DNA of 64,000 nt from the NCBI GenBank assembly GCA_021513695.1, contig CP084166.1:288001-352000 (forward strand). The letters are read 5' to 3'. Of the stretch, positions 29,669 through 39,097 are shown one piece after another. The position numbers and the translations under genes are program-made. The notes under the pieces were generated by a model. It ran no database searches. It saw only the letters and a program-made list of their open reading frames with translations, and was not told the origin of the DNA. Source of the stretch: Candidatus Heimdallarchaeum aukensis (GTDB lineage: Archaea; Asgardarchaeota; Heimdallarchaeia; Heimdallarchaeales; Heimdallarchaeaceae). Position 1 is the first letter of the stretch. Each line of letters opens with the position of its first letter.

Positions 29669-30406
29669 TTATTTTTGAATTATCTGTTTTTCTTTAACAT
29701 CAATTTCAATTAATGAATTATTTTTTAGTAGTTTTGCTTCACCCAGTGAGGGAAGATAGCAGGAACTAATTATAATTGTTGAATCAGAATTATATAGTTT
29801 CATTGTGTAGTACAAAGGATATTTTTTGAAAAAAACACCTATCCAAACTTTTTCATTGTTAGCTAAAATGAAATTTGCACCACTATAATCCCACTCTTTT
29901 ATTAAATTATAAACTGCTTCACTTGATAAAGAACCATTTTTTTCTATTAGTTCCAGTAATTTAAAGAAATATTTTTCAGAGTCTGTGGTTCCTTTAGGGG
30001 TAAATCTGTTTTTATCAACTTTTATTTCTGTTTTTATTGTTCCATTATGCATGAAAACCCACGTCTTTCCTAAAAATTCTTGATCAAATGGGTGATTATT
30101 TTTGATATCAATTTCAATTCCTGGAGAAGCTTTTCTTGCATGTATTAGAGCTATTTCTCCTCTATTTACTTCTGAGTAAATATCAACTGAAGTGGAAAAA
30201 ATAGGTTCAAGGAAGTGAAAAGTTGAAAAACTACCGTTTTTGAGAAAAGAATAACCAAATCCATCAGGATGAGGAAATGTTTGATCCTCATTTCTCTCGT
30301 GAATATCTAGTTTAGGTCCTTTTAGATAATCTTCACAAGAAAGAATAAACTCCGAAATAGCATTCTTTTCTAAATTTTTTCCTATTTTTACGAATAATCT
30401 ACACAT
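29669..30406 (-). CDS. Class II glutamine-amidotransferase-like Ntn hydrolase (YafJ-like).
   Basis: Starts MCRLF, where Cys2 would be the N-terminal nucleophile typical of GATase type 2. The 245 aa length fits. Confidence 0.4.
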   Translation of the reverse strand: MCRLFVKIGKNLEKNAISEFILSCEDYLKGPKLDIHERNEDQTFPHPDGFGYSFLKNGSFSTFHFLEPIFSTSVDIYSEVNRGEIALIHARKASPGIEIDIKNNHPFDQEFLGKTWVFMHNGTIKTEIKVDKNRFTPKGTTDSEKYFFKLLELIEKNGSLSSEAVYNLIKEWDYSGANFILANNEKVWIGVFFKKYPLYYTMKLYNSDSTIIISSCYLPSLGEAKLLKNNSLIEIDVKEKQIIQK

Positions 30407-30549
30407 AACCTTGAAACAAATTATCTATTAAAAAGTATTATTATTAGCTTTTAACTGGTTTTCTGATGAAATTAAACGACAGAAATTGTAAATCTTTATA
30501 TATTTAGCTTTGGAGAGATTAATTATGAGTTGAAATTTTACGTAATTTT

Positions 30550-30730
30550 TTCAGGACTCTACCCAACCAGGCAAAACATCGATGAATGTTAGGACTGGTT
30601 TAAGAGAACAAGAGACACAGTCTACTAATGTTCTCTAAGGGGTTCATCTCCTTATCCCGGGCACTCATAACTCCCAAAGGGAAGACCGGGTGTCGTAGGA
30701 ATGTAACCTACGTCTTAAAGCATCTAGCTC
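30550..30730. ncRNA. Candidate structured non-coding RNA of unknown class; the strand is also unassigned. It is a GC-enriched island of roughly 45% GC in a roughly 28% GC intergenic region, containing several complementary segments.
   Basis: Direct reading: helices agagaaca/tgttctct (30603-30610 and 30629-30636), CCCGG/CCGGG (30656/30686), uccc-aaa-ggga. There is no ORF longer than 30 codons. In AT-rich archaea, stable RNAs stand out by GC content. Confidence 0.25.
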
Positions 30731-30844
30731 AAGACAAAGAATAAATGTGATTTGAGTGAGTATATAAAGACCACAAGAAAACTGTGCCATGCTTTCTGTA
30801 TATCTAAAACACAACCTTCTTAAAATTTACGTAAAAAATTAATT

Positions 30845-31684
30845 ATGGAAAATGAAGAAACTCTAATAAATGAGCTGAAAAGTGGTTTCGGAACTATAGG
30901 GGTTACTTCTCTTGTAGCTTTTATTTTTAATCTTGCTTTTCTAATTTTTCAGCTAAGCTATTTAAGTAATTATTCACATAATAATTTATCATATAGTAAC
31001 TATTATTTAATATATATTGGCGGTAGTAGTATTTCTTCATTGTTGTTTACTCTGATTTACTTTAGTTTTTTGTACTTAAGCAGAAAGATAGATGAAATAG
31101 AAAAAAGCAAAGAAAACACTATATTTAGAATATCAACAACTATTGCAATTTTGATAATATTCTTTAATATTGGATTCTTTTTAGCTCAATTCTTAGTTGT
31201 AAATGCTGATCAATATTCTGATATTTTTAGTATATCTTACATTATTTTGCAGATATGCTTCATTTTCGTTTATATCTTCTTTGCTCTTTCAATAAGTAAA
31301 ATGAATAGTAAAATGGAAGTTGGAGTAATTATTTGGCCAATTGTAATATATGCAACTATTAACTCAATCGGAGCAATATTTAGGCTAATAATTCAAACTC
31401 TTATTATACTACAACTCTCTTCTTCTGCTTTATTCACCAGCATACTATATTCTTTCTTTAAAAGTATTGATCTAGTTGTTGAATTAATATTTATTATAAC
31501 CATGTTCTTTGTAGCAAACAATGCTCAAATTTCTTTATTACATCAAGTACCACGATATACTTCTTATGCATATTCAGGACCTGTATATAAATCCAAACAA
31601 TCAACTAATTTTTGTCCTTTTTGTGGAACAGAAAATTCTCCTGATTCAAAATTTTGTATAAACTGTGGAAAAAGGATAGATTAG
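30845..31684 (+). CDS. Polytopic membrane protein with a C-terminal cytoplasmic zinc ribbon. This is paralog 1 of a tandem pair.
   Basis: Six to seven TM helices. C-terminal CPFCGTENSPDSKFCINCGKRID is a CxxC...CxxC zinc ribbon. Confidence 0.55.
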   Translation: MENEETLINELKSGFGTIGVTSLVAFIFNLAFLIFQLSYLSNYSHNNLSYSNYYLIYIGGSSISSLLFTLIYFSFLYLSRKIDEIEKSKENTIFRISTTIAILIIFFNIGFFLAQFLVVNADQYSDIFSISYIILQICFIFVYIFFALSISKMNSKMEVGVIIWPIVIYATINSIGAIFRLIIQTLIILQLSSSALFTSILYSFFKSIDLVVELIFIITMFFVANNAQISLLHQVPRYTSYAYSGPVYKSKQSTNFCPFCGTENSPDSKFCINCGKRID

Positions 31685-31962
31685 ATTCTCTACCATTTAT
31701 CTTTTTATTTTGCTATAGAAATCCAAACATCAAAAAAATTTTACTAGTTGATTTATAGGTTATTTTTTAATCCTCACAAAAAAGAATGATCTCTGAAAAT
31801 TTTTTGCTTAAATTTTCACTCGAACTTAAAAATTATCTACACTGAAGTTGAAATAAATTATTAATTAAAAAGTATCTTTAGTTTAATTTTCTATAGTTTT
31901 ATTAAGAAGCATGAAAAAATATATTGAAAGCTTTATATATTTGGATTTGTAGCCTTATATTT

Positions 31963-32808
31963 ATGAAAAATGAAGAACTTCTAATTAATGATTTGAAGCT
32001 AGGTTTCAGAAAAATAGGATTTGTTTCAATCTTAACTCTGGCTTTTAGTCTTGCTTTTGTAATTATTCAACTTAACTATGTAAGTAAAATGTCACATGGT
32101 ATAAGTCTTTATTTAGTATATCTAGTAGGGAATATTCTTTCTTTATTGTTTTTAGCTCTAATTTATTTTGCTTTTCTATACTTAAGTGGAAAGATAAATA
32201 AAATAGAGAAAAGTAAAGAAAATACTATATTTAGCACAGTAACGATAATTGCAGTAGTGTTAATATTCTTCGATATTGGATTATTTTTAGGTCAATTTTT
32301 ACTTAGCTTTTCCAATATGCAATTTTCTAATATATTATCCATTATTTATGTTATTTTTTACATTATTTTGTTACTAAGTTCTTTTTTTGTATATATCTTC
32401 TTTCCTCTTTCAATAAATAAAATGAATAGTAAAATGGAAATTGGAGTAATTACCTGGCCAATTGTTATATATGCAATTGTTAATTCAATTGGAGTAATGA
32501 TAAGAATAATAGCACAAGTTTTCATTGTTTTACAAATTACTCCTATGGCTGTATTTACAAGTATTCTCTATTCTATCTTTCAATTTATAAATCTGGCTGT
32601 TGAATTAATGTTTATTATAAGCATGTTTTTTGTAGCTAACAATGCTCAAATTTCTTCATTACATCAAGTACCACAATATGTTCCTTCTGCATATTCAGGG
32701 CCTGTAGATAAATCTAAACAACCAACATTTTGTCCTTTTTGTGGAGCACAAAATTCTCCTGATTCAAAGTTTTGTATAAACTGTGGAAAGAAGATAGATT
32801 CGAATTAG
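31963..32808 (+). CDS. Polytopic membrane protein with a C-terminal zinc ribbon. This is paralog 2 of the tandem pair. I placed the start at the ATG (MKNEELLINDL), which aligns with the paralog 1 N-terminus; the track started at the TTG at 31924.
   Basis: MKNEELLINDLKLGF versus MENEETLINELKSGF. The two are collinear throughout. Zinc ribbon: CPFCGAQNSPDSKFCINCGKKIDSN. Confidence 0.55.
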   Translation: MKNEELLINDLKLGFRKIGFVSILTLAFSLAFVIIQLNYVSKMSHGISLYLVYLVGNILSLLFLALIYFAFLYLSGKINKIEKSKENTIFSTVTIIAVVLIFFDIGLFLGQFLLSFSNMQFSNILSIIYVIFYIILLLSSFFVYIFFPLSINKMNSKMEIGVITWPIVIYAIVNSIGVMIRIIAQVFIVLQITPMAVFTSILYSIFQFINLAVELMFIISMFFVANNAQISSLHQVPQYVPSAYSGPVDKSKQPTFCPFCGAQNSPDSKFCINCGKKIDSN

Positions 32809-32943
32809 TTTATCCTTAATTTCTCTTTTCTTAAATGAGGAGTAACAAACAAAAGTAAAGAATGTTTCGTCTTATTTCCTTCTTTACTGCTTTTTCTCTG
32901 CATTATTTATTTCTAGTTTATATATGAATTTCATTATTATTTA

Positions 32944-33609
32944 TTGGGATTACTTGGGGTTGGAACTTTGCTAGGGCCACAATATTTAGAATTTATAAAT
33001 TTATATGTAAAAATAATATTACTCTCAATAATTGTTAGAGGGATAATTTTTCTCTTACCGGAAAAAGGGTACTACTTTTTTAAAGTGGTTGGAATGATTT
33101 TTCGTTATCCAATCAAAAGACTATTCTATTTTCTTTATGGCGTAGAAGTTTATCATATTGACTGGGAAAAAGTAGAGATTGAAACAAATAAGGTAAAAGA
33201 TTTTGATTGTTTATTCACAACAAATATTGTTGTACCATTTATTTTTCTGAGTACACTTTCCAGTTTCTTGTTATCATATGGTAGTGGATTATTTGAACAA
33301 GGATATTATTGGTTAGGTGGTATACTTTACTCTATTGGAATTATTATGGTTAGTTTTAGCATTCCTGACACAAACGAGGTAAAAATAGTTTTTGATTCTA
33401 ATTTTCAATCAAGTGTAAAATTTTTATTTAAAATAAGTGCTATTGCTGCTGCCTTATTATTAATAAACAAATTTTATCCCAGCATACCTTTTTGGATCTC
33501 GTTGCTTATTTTATGTTTTATTATCGTTGTTCCCTTATACCATTATCATGGAAATAAAAATAAAGAAAAAGAAAGAAAAATTGTAATCACTACTGATCCT
33601 TTCTTTTAG
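32944..33609 (+). CDS. Hypothetical small polytopic membrane protein, 221 aa.
   Basis: Hydrophobic helices. TTG start in the track. Confidence 0.35.
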   Translation: MGLLGVGTLLGPQYLEFINLYVKIILLSIIVRGIIFLLPEKGYYFFKVVGMIFRYPIKRLFYFLYGVEVYHIDWEKVEIETNKVKDFDCLFTTNIVVPFIFLSTLSSFLLSYGSGLFEQGYYWLGGILYSIGIIMVSFSIPDTNEVKIVFDSNFQSSVKFLFKISAIAAALLLINKFYPSIPFWISLLILCFIIVVPLYHYHGNKNKEKERKIVITTDPFF

Positions 33610-33612
33610 TTC

Positions 33613-35244
33613 CTAAACTTTTTTTACTTTTTTAATAATTAAGAAAGTTATACTAGAAACTATTATTAACCCTCCAAGAATAATTCCTAAATATAATCCC
33701 CAGTTTGTATTTTCATTTTCATTTTCTGTTTCAGTTTGTGAGACTTCGTAGTTAGGTTCAATACCCAACTCTTTTATTTCTTCTACACTTAAGAATGTTA
33801 AAGTTATTTCGTTATTTCTTGATGAAATTTCAGAAGAACTATTTTCAACTTTTATTGTCCAATCATATGTTTTTAGTTCTGTTGGGGTAAAGTTTAAGGT
33901 GAACGTTTTAGTTTTTCCTACATCTAATTTATCTATAGTTTCATTTGTTTTTTCACCAAAAGGATTAGTAAACTCAATTGTAATAGTATCGTTTAAGTTA
34001 TCTGTTCCTATGTTGCTAATTGAAACATCAAAATAAACTGTTTCATTAACTAAAACTTGTTTGAATGTTTGAATGTTATCAATTCGGAGATCTACACCAT
34101 CTATTTTGTTAATAGTAATACTATCCATAATAGAATAATCTGTTCTGACAGCCCGAAAGTCAATTTGATTGGGAGTTGCTTGGATGATTGTTGCGTGATT
34201 TACAGCTTCAGAGTAAATAGATTCTGGAATAATATATTCGTCAATAACTTTGTAGGTTGGTGCTCCTGCTCCTCCTGTAATCACATAAGTTATATTATTT
34301 TTTTCCAGTCTTTCGTAAAAATGTTCATGTCCCATAAAAACTAGATCAACATTATATTTTTCGAAGATAGGTACAAAAGTTTCATTAACATCTTGATAAT
34401 CTCCACTATGGTATCTGCTTCCAGAAGAAAAAGGTGGACGGTGCATCAAAATTACCTTCCATTTACCTTCTTCTACTTGTGAAAGATCATTTTCTAACCA
34501 TGCTGCTTGTTCGTCAAAAGTACCACCATAATATGGCGCACCAGTATGAAGAGCAGAGAAATGTATTGGTCCATAATCAAAAGAGTAGTATTCTTCTTTT
34601 CCAGGTAATTCAAACATTTTGTAATAATTAGAATGATTCTTTTCATGATTGCCAAGAATTGGCATAAATGGGCTTATTGAAATGAGTGGGTAAAAATCTG
34701 CAAACCAATTATACCATTGGTTCTTCTCTTTTCCACTATCTACTAAATCTCCTGTAAAGACGCTAAAATCAGGTTGCATATAATATACTGTTTCTATTAC
34801 TTTTCTCCTATCATCACGTAAAGAACGAGAGTCCCCCCAAGCTACAAATCTAGCGTATTTACCATTATTTCCTGTTTTGAAAGTAAAATCTTTTGTCCAT
34901 TTATAGTCTTCTATACCATTATAAATTCTATAATGGTAGATTGTATCAGGTTCAAGGTCTGTTAACTCAACATGATGGTATATCCCTTCTGTTCCATTAA
35001 CAGTGTTTCCGTATTCAGTGGTTTTTCCATACTCAACAATAGAAGGACCTATATCATTTGTTCTCCAACTAACAACAATTGTAGTAGAGGTGTTGCTTTT
35101 CCAAGAAAGATGAATGTTTCGAGCAAAAGTATCAGGAATGCTATTGGCTGACGAAAGTGAGAGTAAAGGAAGGGTAATTGTAGAACTTAAAAAAACGATT
35201 AAAGTTAGTAAAATAATCTTTTTTCGTATTTTCATATAACACAA
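33613..35244 (-). CDS. Secreted purple-acid-phosphatase-like metallophosphoesterase with an N-terminal FN3-like PAP domain and a C-terminal TM anchor.
   Basis: Signal peptide MKIRKKIILLTLIVFLSSTITLPLLSLSSANS. PAP N-domain: IHLSWKSNTSTTIVVSWRT...VEYGKT...YHYRIYN. Calcineurin-like motifs: GDSRS, GDLVD, GNHE, GHEHFYER. C-terminal LYLGIILGGLIIVSSITFLIIKKVKKV. Confidence 0.7.
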   Translation of the reverse strand: MCYMKIRKKIILLTLIVFLSSTITLPLLSLSSANSIPDTFARNIHLSWKSNTSTTIVVSWRTNDIGPSIVEYGKTTEYGNTVNGTEGIYHHVELTDLEPDTIYHYRIYNGIEDYKWTKDFTFKTGNNGKYARFVAWGDSRSLRDDRRKVIETVYYMQPDFSVFTGDLVDSGKEKNQWYNWFADFYPLISISPFMPILGNHEKNHSNYYKMFELPGKEEYYSFDYGPIHFSALHTGAPYYGGTFDEQAAWLENDLSQVEEGKWKVILMHRPPFSSGSRYHSGDYQDVNETFVPIFEKYNVDLVFMGHEHFYERLEKNNITYVITGGAGAPTYKVIDEYIIPESIYSEAVNHATIIQATPNQIDFRAVRTDYSIMDSITINKIDGVDLRIDNIQTFKQVLVNETVYFDVSISNIGTDNLNDTITIEFTNPFGEKTNETIDKLDVGKTKTFTLNFTPTELKTYDWTIKVENSSSEISSRNNEITLTFLSVEEIKELGIEPNYEVSQTETENENENTNWGLYLGIILGGLIIVSSITFLIIKKVKKV

Positions 35245-35281
35245 AAATTAAAAAAAATATATTAAGTTTTTTAAAAAACAA

Positions 35282-35467
35282 TTATTGTTCAGCTTCTCTC
35301 TTTTTAGCCTCTTTGATCAATTTAGCCGCAGCTAGTTTTCTTCTTAATCTAATATCTTTGATTGTGGTATTAATCTTTCTTAAACCTATGAATATTAGCA
35401 AGAATAAGAAGCCAAAAATTGTCATTGTTATAAGCATTGATATTATTGGATTTAACATGATTGCCAT
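35282..35467 (-). CDS. Possible small single-TM protein, 61 aa.
   Basis: MAIMLNPIISMLITMTIFGFLFLLIFIGL followed by the basic tail RKLAAAKLIKEAKKREAEQ. It lies between two same-strand secreted-protein genes. Confidence 0.3.
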   Translation of the reverse strand: MAIMLNPIISMLITMTIFGFLFLLIFIGLRKINTTIKDIRLRRKLAAAKLIKEAKKREAEQ

Positions 35468-35597
35468 TATTTCACACCAATTTCAAAAAAGAAGAAGCAT
35501 TTTAAAATATTTCGTTGTATCTCGACTTAATGCTCGTATCTAATAAAAAGAGAATTAATTACATTTAACATCCAAATACTCTATTTCTAGTATTGCA

Positions 35598-36998
35598 TTA
35601 TGTTTGCTTTTGTTTCCTTTTTCTTTTAAAAATTAAGAAAATTAATGTCAAAATTGTAACATCAAAAAATACAACAACTCTAGAAGTGTTTGTCAAAATG
35701 AATTCTGTATTTTCTTGATATATCACCTCATTTAGAATAAAAATATCTTTTGAGTTAGCTTTTCCATCGATTTTATATTTTCGTCCTATTGAATTTGAAG
35801 GATTCCAATAGTTGCCTATTTTTTGATACTCATCATACCATTTGTTATTAGTTCCATCATCATAAGCTTGTGAACTACCTTCTAAATTGTTGTTTATAAA
35901 ATCATTCAAGTAAATAAGAAATTCTGAACTACCTTCGTTTAGAAAAATAGCATAGTTATTATTAGAAATGAAGCTGTTTTTAGTTATTACAATATTATAT
36001 GAATTGTTGGACATGATTCCGATATTATTATCCTTTATTATATTCTCTACAATTCTAAATTCTTCAGAGTTAATAAGCTCAACACCAAATTTGCTTATTT
36101 TTAAAATTGAATTTCTAGTTAAATTTACTTCTGTAGAATCTTTATTGTACAACCCAATTTGTCCTTTTTTAATATTGTTTTTATTAACTTGAACGTTGTA
36201 TGTTTTTAATAGAAATAGTGCAAAATTCTCGTTATTTAGAAAAAAGTTCTCTTCAATAATAATTTCAGAAGATTTGTCCGCAAAAATACCATAACTACTT
36301 AATGAACAGTTATTTTTTTCAAATTGTAAAAATGAGCTCGATGAAACAAAAATTCCTTGTAAATTATTTGTGATCTCATTAGAAAAGATCTCTATCGAAT
36401 GACTCGAAGAAATGACTAAACCAAAGTCTGAGTTACTTTTAAGAACATTATCCTCGACGGATATGCTTTTACAATCGTACAAATATATTCCAGTTCCTCC
36501 TTCATAGAAACCAGAGAAACTTGAAAATACTTTATTATTTTTTATAAGACAATTTTCTCCTCCAAATACCTTTATTCCTAAAAGACAATAGTAGATGTAA
36601 TTATTCTCAATTTGAATACCGTTTGATTTCTCTATGTCAATAGCTATATCACCACATTCTTGTATGGAGTTGTTTAGGATTTTTCCTGTGTTGTTGGCTA
36701 TATTCTCGATAAATATCGCTTTTTTACCACTTGTCAAGAAATTATTTTGTATAATAAAGTACTTAGTTGTGTTTTTTATGTGTATAAGATCAGAAAAATA
36801 ACTAATAGATAAATTTTCAATTAAGTATGGATTGTTCTTACTTCCATTTCCTTTGAAATTGTATTTAGAAAAATCTTCATCACATAGTATTTCTATTTTA
36901 GTTCTTATCACTTCTTGTGACGCTTGTGCTTTAGGTGTGTATCTTAAGTTAGCAATGGTTATTATAATAAAAAAGAAAATTACTACTCTTTTTCTCAT
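35598..36998 (-). CDS. Secreted right-handed parallel beta-helix repeat protein (pectin-lyase fold, NosD-like) with a C-terminal TM anchor.
   Basis: Signal peptide MRKRVVIFFFIIITIANLRYTPKAQA. Repeated N/I/G-rich beta-helix rungs (IENNYIYYC.., IKNNKVFSS.., VEDNVLKSN.., SNEITNN.., ITKNSFISNN). C-terminal VVVFFDVTILTLIFLIFKRKRKQ. Confidence 0.5.
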   Translation of the reverse strand: MRKRVVIFFFIIITIANLRYTPKAQASQEVIRTKIEILCDEDFSKYNFKGNGSKNNPYLIENLSISYFSDLIHIKNTTKYFIIQNNFLTSGKKAIFIENIANNTGKILNNSIQECGDIAIDIEKSNGIQIENNYIYYCLLGIKVFGGENCLIKNNKVFSSFSGFYEGGTGIYLYDCKSISVEDNVLKSNSDFGLVISSSHSIEIFSNEITNNLQGIFVSSSSFLQFEKNNCSLSSYGIFADKSSEIIIEENFFLNNENFALFLLKTYNVQVNKNNIKKGQIGLYNKDSTEVNLTRNSILKISKFGVELINSEEFRIVENIIKDNNIGIMSNNSYNIVITKNSFISNNNYAIFLNEGSSEFLIYLNDFINNNLEGSSQAYDDGTNNKWYDEYQKIGNYWNPSNSIGRKYKIDGKANSKDIFILNEVIYQENTEFILTNTSRVVVFFDVTILTLIFLIFKRKRKQKQT

Positions 36999-37164
36999 CT
37001 GTTTTTCTTATTAACTTTATAATTAACATCTATATTTCCCTTTTTATTCTCGATTTGCTATGTGCATATATGCCACACAACAAGTTCTTTAAAAAATAAG
37101 CAGATAGGCACTTAAGGAAGCTATTTCTAGATGTATATATGGGTAGCAAAGGAGAGTCTAAAAC

Positions 37165-38199
37165 TTGAGATATGTAAAATTAAAAAAAGAAAAAATTAGA
37201 GAGTTCTTGCTTGCTCTACAAGACTATGGGGAACTTTATGCACCAATTAAGGTTTCGGAGAAATATTTTGATTTTAGAAGGATTACAAATGAGCAAGTAG
37301 ACGAAGTAGTTTTAGATTACAATCGTACTCTTCGTCCTCCGAGGAGATTTTTCTTTCCTGAAAAAGAAGTATTGTTTACCTTTAACAGCAAAAAAGTAGA
37401 AATGTACGAGAATAAAGAAGCTTTTACTTCTGAACCTGTGGTCTTATTTGGAGTACATGCATGTGATATTGTTGGTTTACGGATAATGGATTCAAGATTT
37501 ATAGATGATCAGCCAGATCCTTATTATCGAGCTAGAAGAGAGAAAGGAATAATTATTGGTATTAGTTGTTTACCTGATGAATACTGTTTTTGTAATGTTC
37601 GAAGAGCTGAGTTTGTAGATAGCGGTTTTGATTTGTTTTTAAGTGAAGTAGAAGATGGTTATGTCATTCGTGTAGGTAGTGTAAAAGGGCATAAGATAAT
37701 TGATGCAACAGAGCATCTTTATGTTAAAGTAACAAAGAAAGATAGTGATGACTTAACTGCTTTTGATGTCAAAAAAAGTAAAATGTTTACAGTTTCTGGA
37801 AATTGGGACTCTTTACGATATACTCTCGAACTAAATGATGAACATCCAGTTATTTGGATGAGAGAAAGTGAAAAGTGTTTGGGGTGTGGAAACTGTACCA
37901 TTACTTGTCCTACTTGTAGATGTTATGATGTAAAAGATTATCCCAACTTAGACGGAGAAACAGGTGTTAGAGTAAGAATATGGGATTCATGCCAATTCAG
38001 AGAACATGGATTAGTTGCAGGAGGACATAATTTTCGACCAACAAAAGAAAGTAGGTTCAAGAACAGATACATGTGCAAAAATGCTTATTGTAAAGAAGTT
38101 ACAACAGCATATTGTGTCGGTTGTGGAAGATGTACGTATTTCTGTCCTGCTGGTATAAATTACAAGCAGAATTTAATTGAAATTAGAGGTGGAATTTAA
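37165..38199 (+). CDS. hydB: Group 3b [NiFe]-hydrogenase (sulfhydrogenase) beta subunit, FeS protein.
   Basis: MRYVKL N-terminus as in the Pyrococcus sulfhydrogenase beta subunit. Two ferredoxin-like 4Fe-4S motifs: CLGCGNCTITCPTCRC and CVGCGRCTYFCPAG. TTG start preceded by GGAGAG 10 nt upstream. Confidence 0.75.
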   Translation: MRYVKLKKEKIREFLLALQDYGELYAPIKVSEKYFDFRRITNEQVDEVVLDYNRTLRPPRRFFFPEKEVLFTFNSKKVEMYENKEAFTSEPVVLFGVHACDIVGLRIMDSRFIDDQPDPYYRARREKGIIIGISCLPDEYCFCNVRRAEFVDSGFDLFLSEVEDGYVIRVGSVKGHKIIDATEHLYVKVTKKDSDDLTAFDVKKSKMFTVSGNWDSLRYTLELNDEHPVIWMRESEKCLGCGNCTITCPTCRCYDVKDYPNLDGETGVRVRIWDSCQFREHGLVAGGHNFRPTKESRFKNRYMCKNAYCKEVTTAYCVGCGRCTYFCPAGINYKQNLIEIRGGI

Positions 38200-39086
38200 T
38201 GACTGAAGAATCACATAGAAGATACATTCCTGATGGTCAAGATAACTTGTACGATACACATAAATGTAGAGTACTTCGTGTTTATAAGCAAACTGAAATG
38301 GATAAAGTGTTTTTATTCAGGTTCGTAGATCAAGAAGTCGGTAAAAATTGGAAGTTTAAACCAGGGCAATTTGTAGAATTATCTCTACCTGGAATAGGTG
38401 AAGTGCCAATTTCAATATGTTCTTCTGCAATGCGTATTGGATTCTTTCAATTATGTATTAGAAAAGCAGGAAGGGTTACAACGAAGATACATGAGTTGAA
38501 ACCTGGAGATATCGTGGGAATAAGAGGACCTTATGGAAATGGTTTTCCAATGGAGAAATTTTTTGGAAGAAATCTCTTGCTTGTTGCAGCAGGATTAGGA
38601 ATGGCCCCCTTACGTTCTGTTTTCCTATATGCAATAGATAATAGATGGAGATTCGGAGATATAACTATTATTAACTCTGCTAAATATGAAAGAGAACTCT
38701 TATTTGCAAGAGAGTTAGAAGCTATGAGAGATATAGCAGAAGCAGAAAATATACAAATTATTCAGACAGTAACAAGAGAAGACAGTCCTAATAGATTGAA
38801 GGGTAGAGCTTCAGAGCATTTAGATAAAGTAATGATAGATCCAAAGAATAGTACAGTAGCGTTATGTGGTCCTCCAAGAATGTATAAGAGTATGTTTGAA
38901 AAATTAGTTGAAATGAATTATGATCCACGGAGAATATTTGTAACTCTAGAAAGAAGAATGAAGTGTGGAATAGGAAAGTGTGGGCACTGTAATCTCGGAA
39001 ACTCCACTTCTTGGAAATACGCTTGTATTGATGGTCCTGTTTTTGACTACTACGATATCATCAGCACCCCAGGAATGTTAGAATAG
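38199..39086 (+). CDS. hydG: Sulfhydrogenase gamma subunit: FAD/NAD(P)-binding oxidoreductase with a 2Fe-2S cluster.
   Basis: Flavoprotein-pyridine-nucleotide-reductase-like domain, with GxGxAP in LVAAGLGMAP. C-terminal cluster motif CGIGKCGHC. The start overlaps the hydB stop (ATGA). Confidence 0.75.
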   Translation: MTEESHRRYIPDGQDNLYDTHKCRVLRVYKQTEMDKVFLFRFVDQEVGKNWKFKPGQFVELSLPGIGEVPISICSSAMRIGFFQLCIRKAGRVTTKIHELKPGDIVGIRGPYGNGFPMEKFFGRNLLLVAAGLGMAPLRSVFLYAIDNRWRFGDITIINSAKYERELLFARELEAMRDIAEAENIQIIQTVTREDSPNRLKGRASEHLDKVMIDPKNSTVALCGPPRMYKSMFEKLVEMNYDPRRIFVTLERRMKCGIGKCGHCNLGNSTSWKYACIDGPVFDYYDIISTPGMLE

Positions 39087-39097
39087 GAGGAAAAAAA

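Noticed and set aside
30550-30730. Assignment of the GC-rich island specifically to SRP RNA, RNase P RNA or a tRNA.
   Set aside because: By eye I could not find the SRP helix-8 GGAAGGRAGCA-type motif, the RNase P P4 GGAAAGUCCGGGCUCC-type motif, or a canonical T-loop (GGTTCRAATCC). The feature is kept only as a generic ncRNA candidate.
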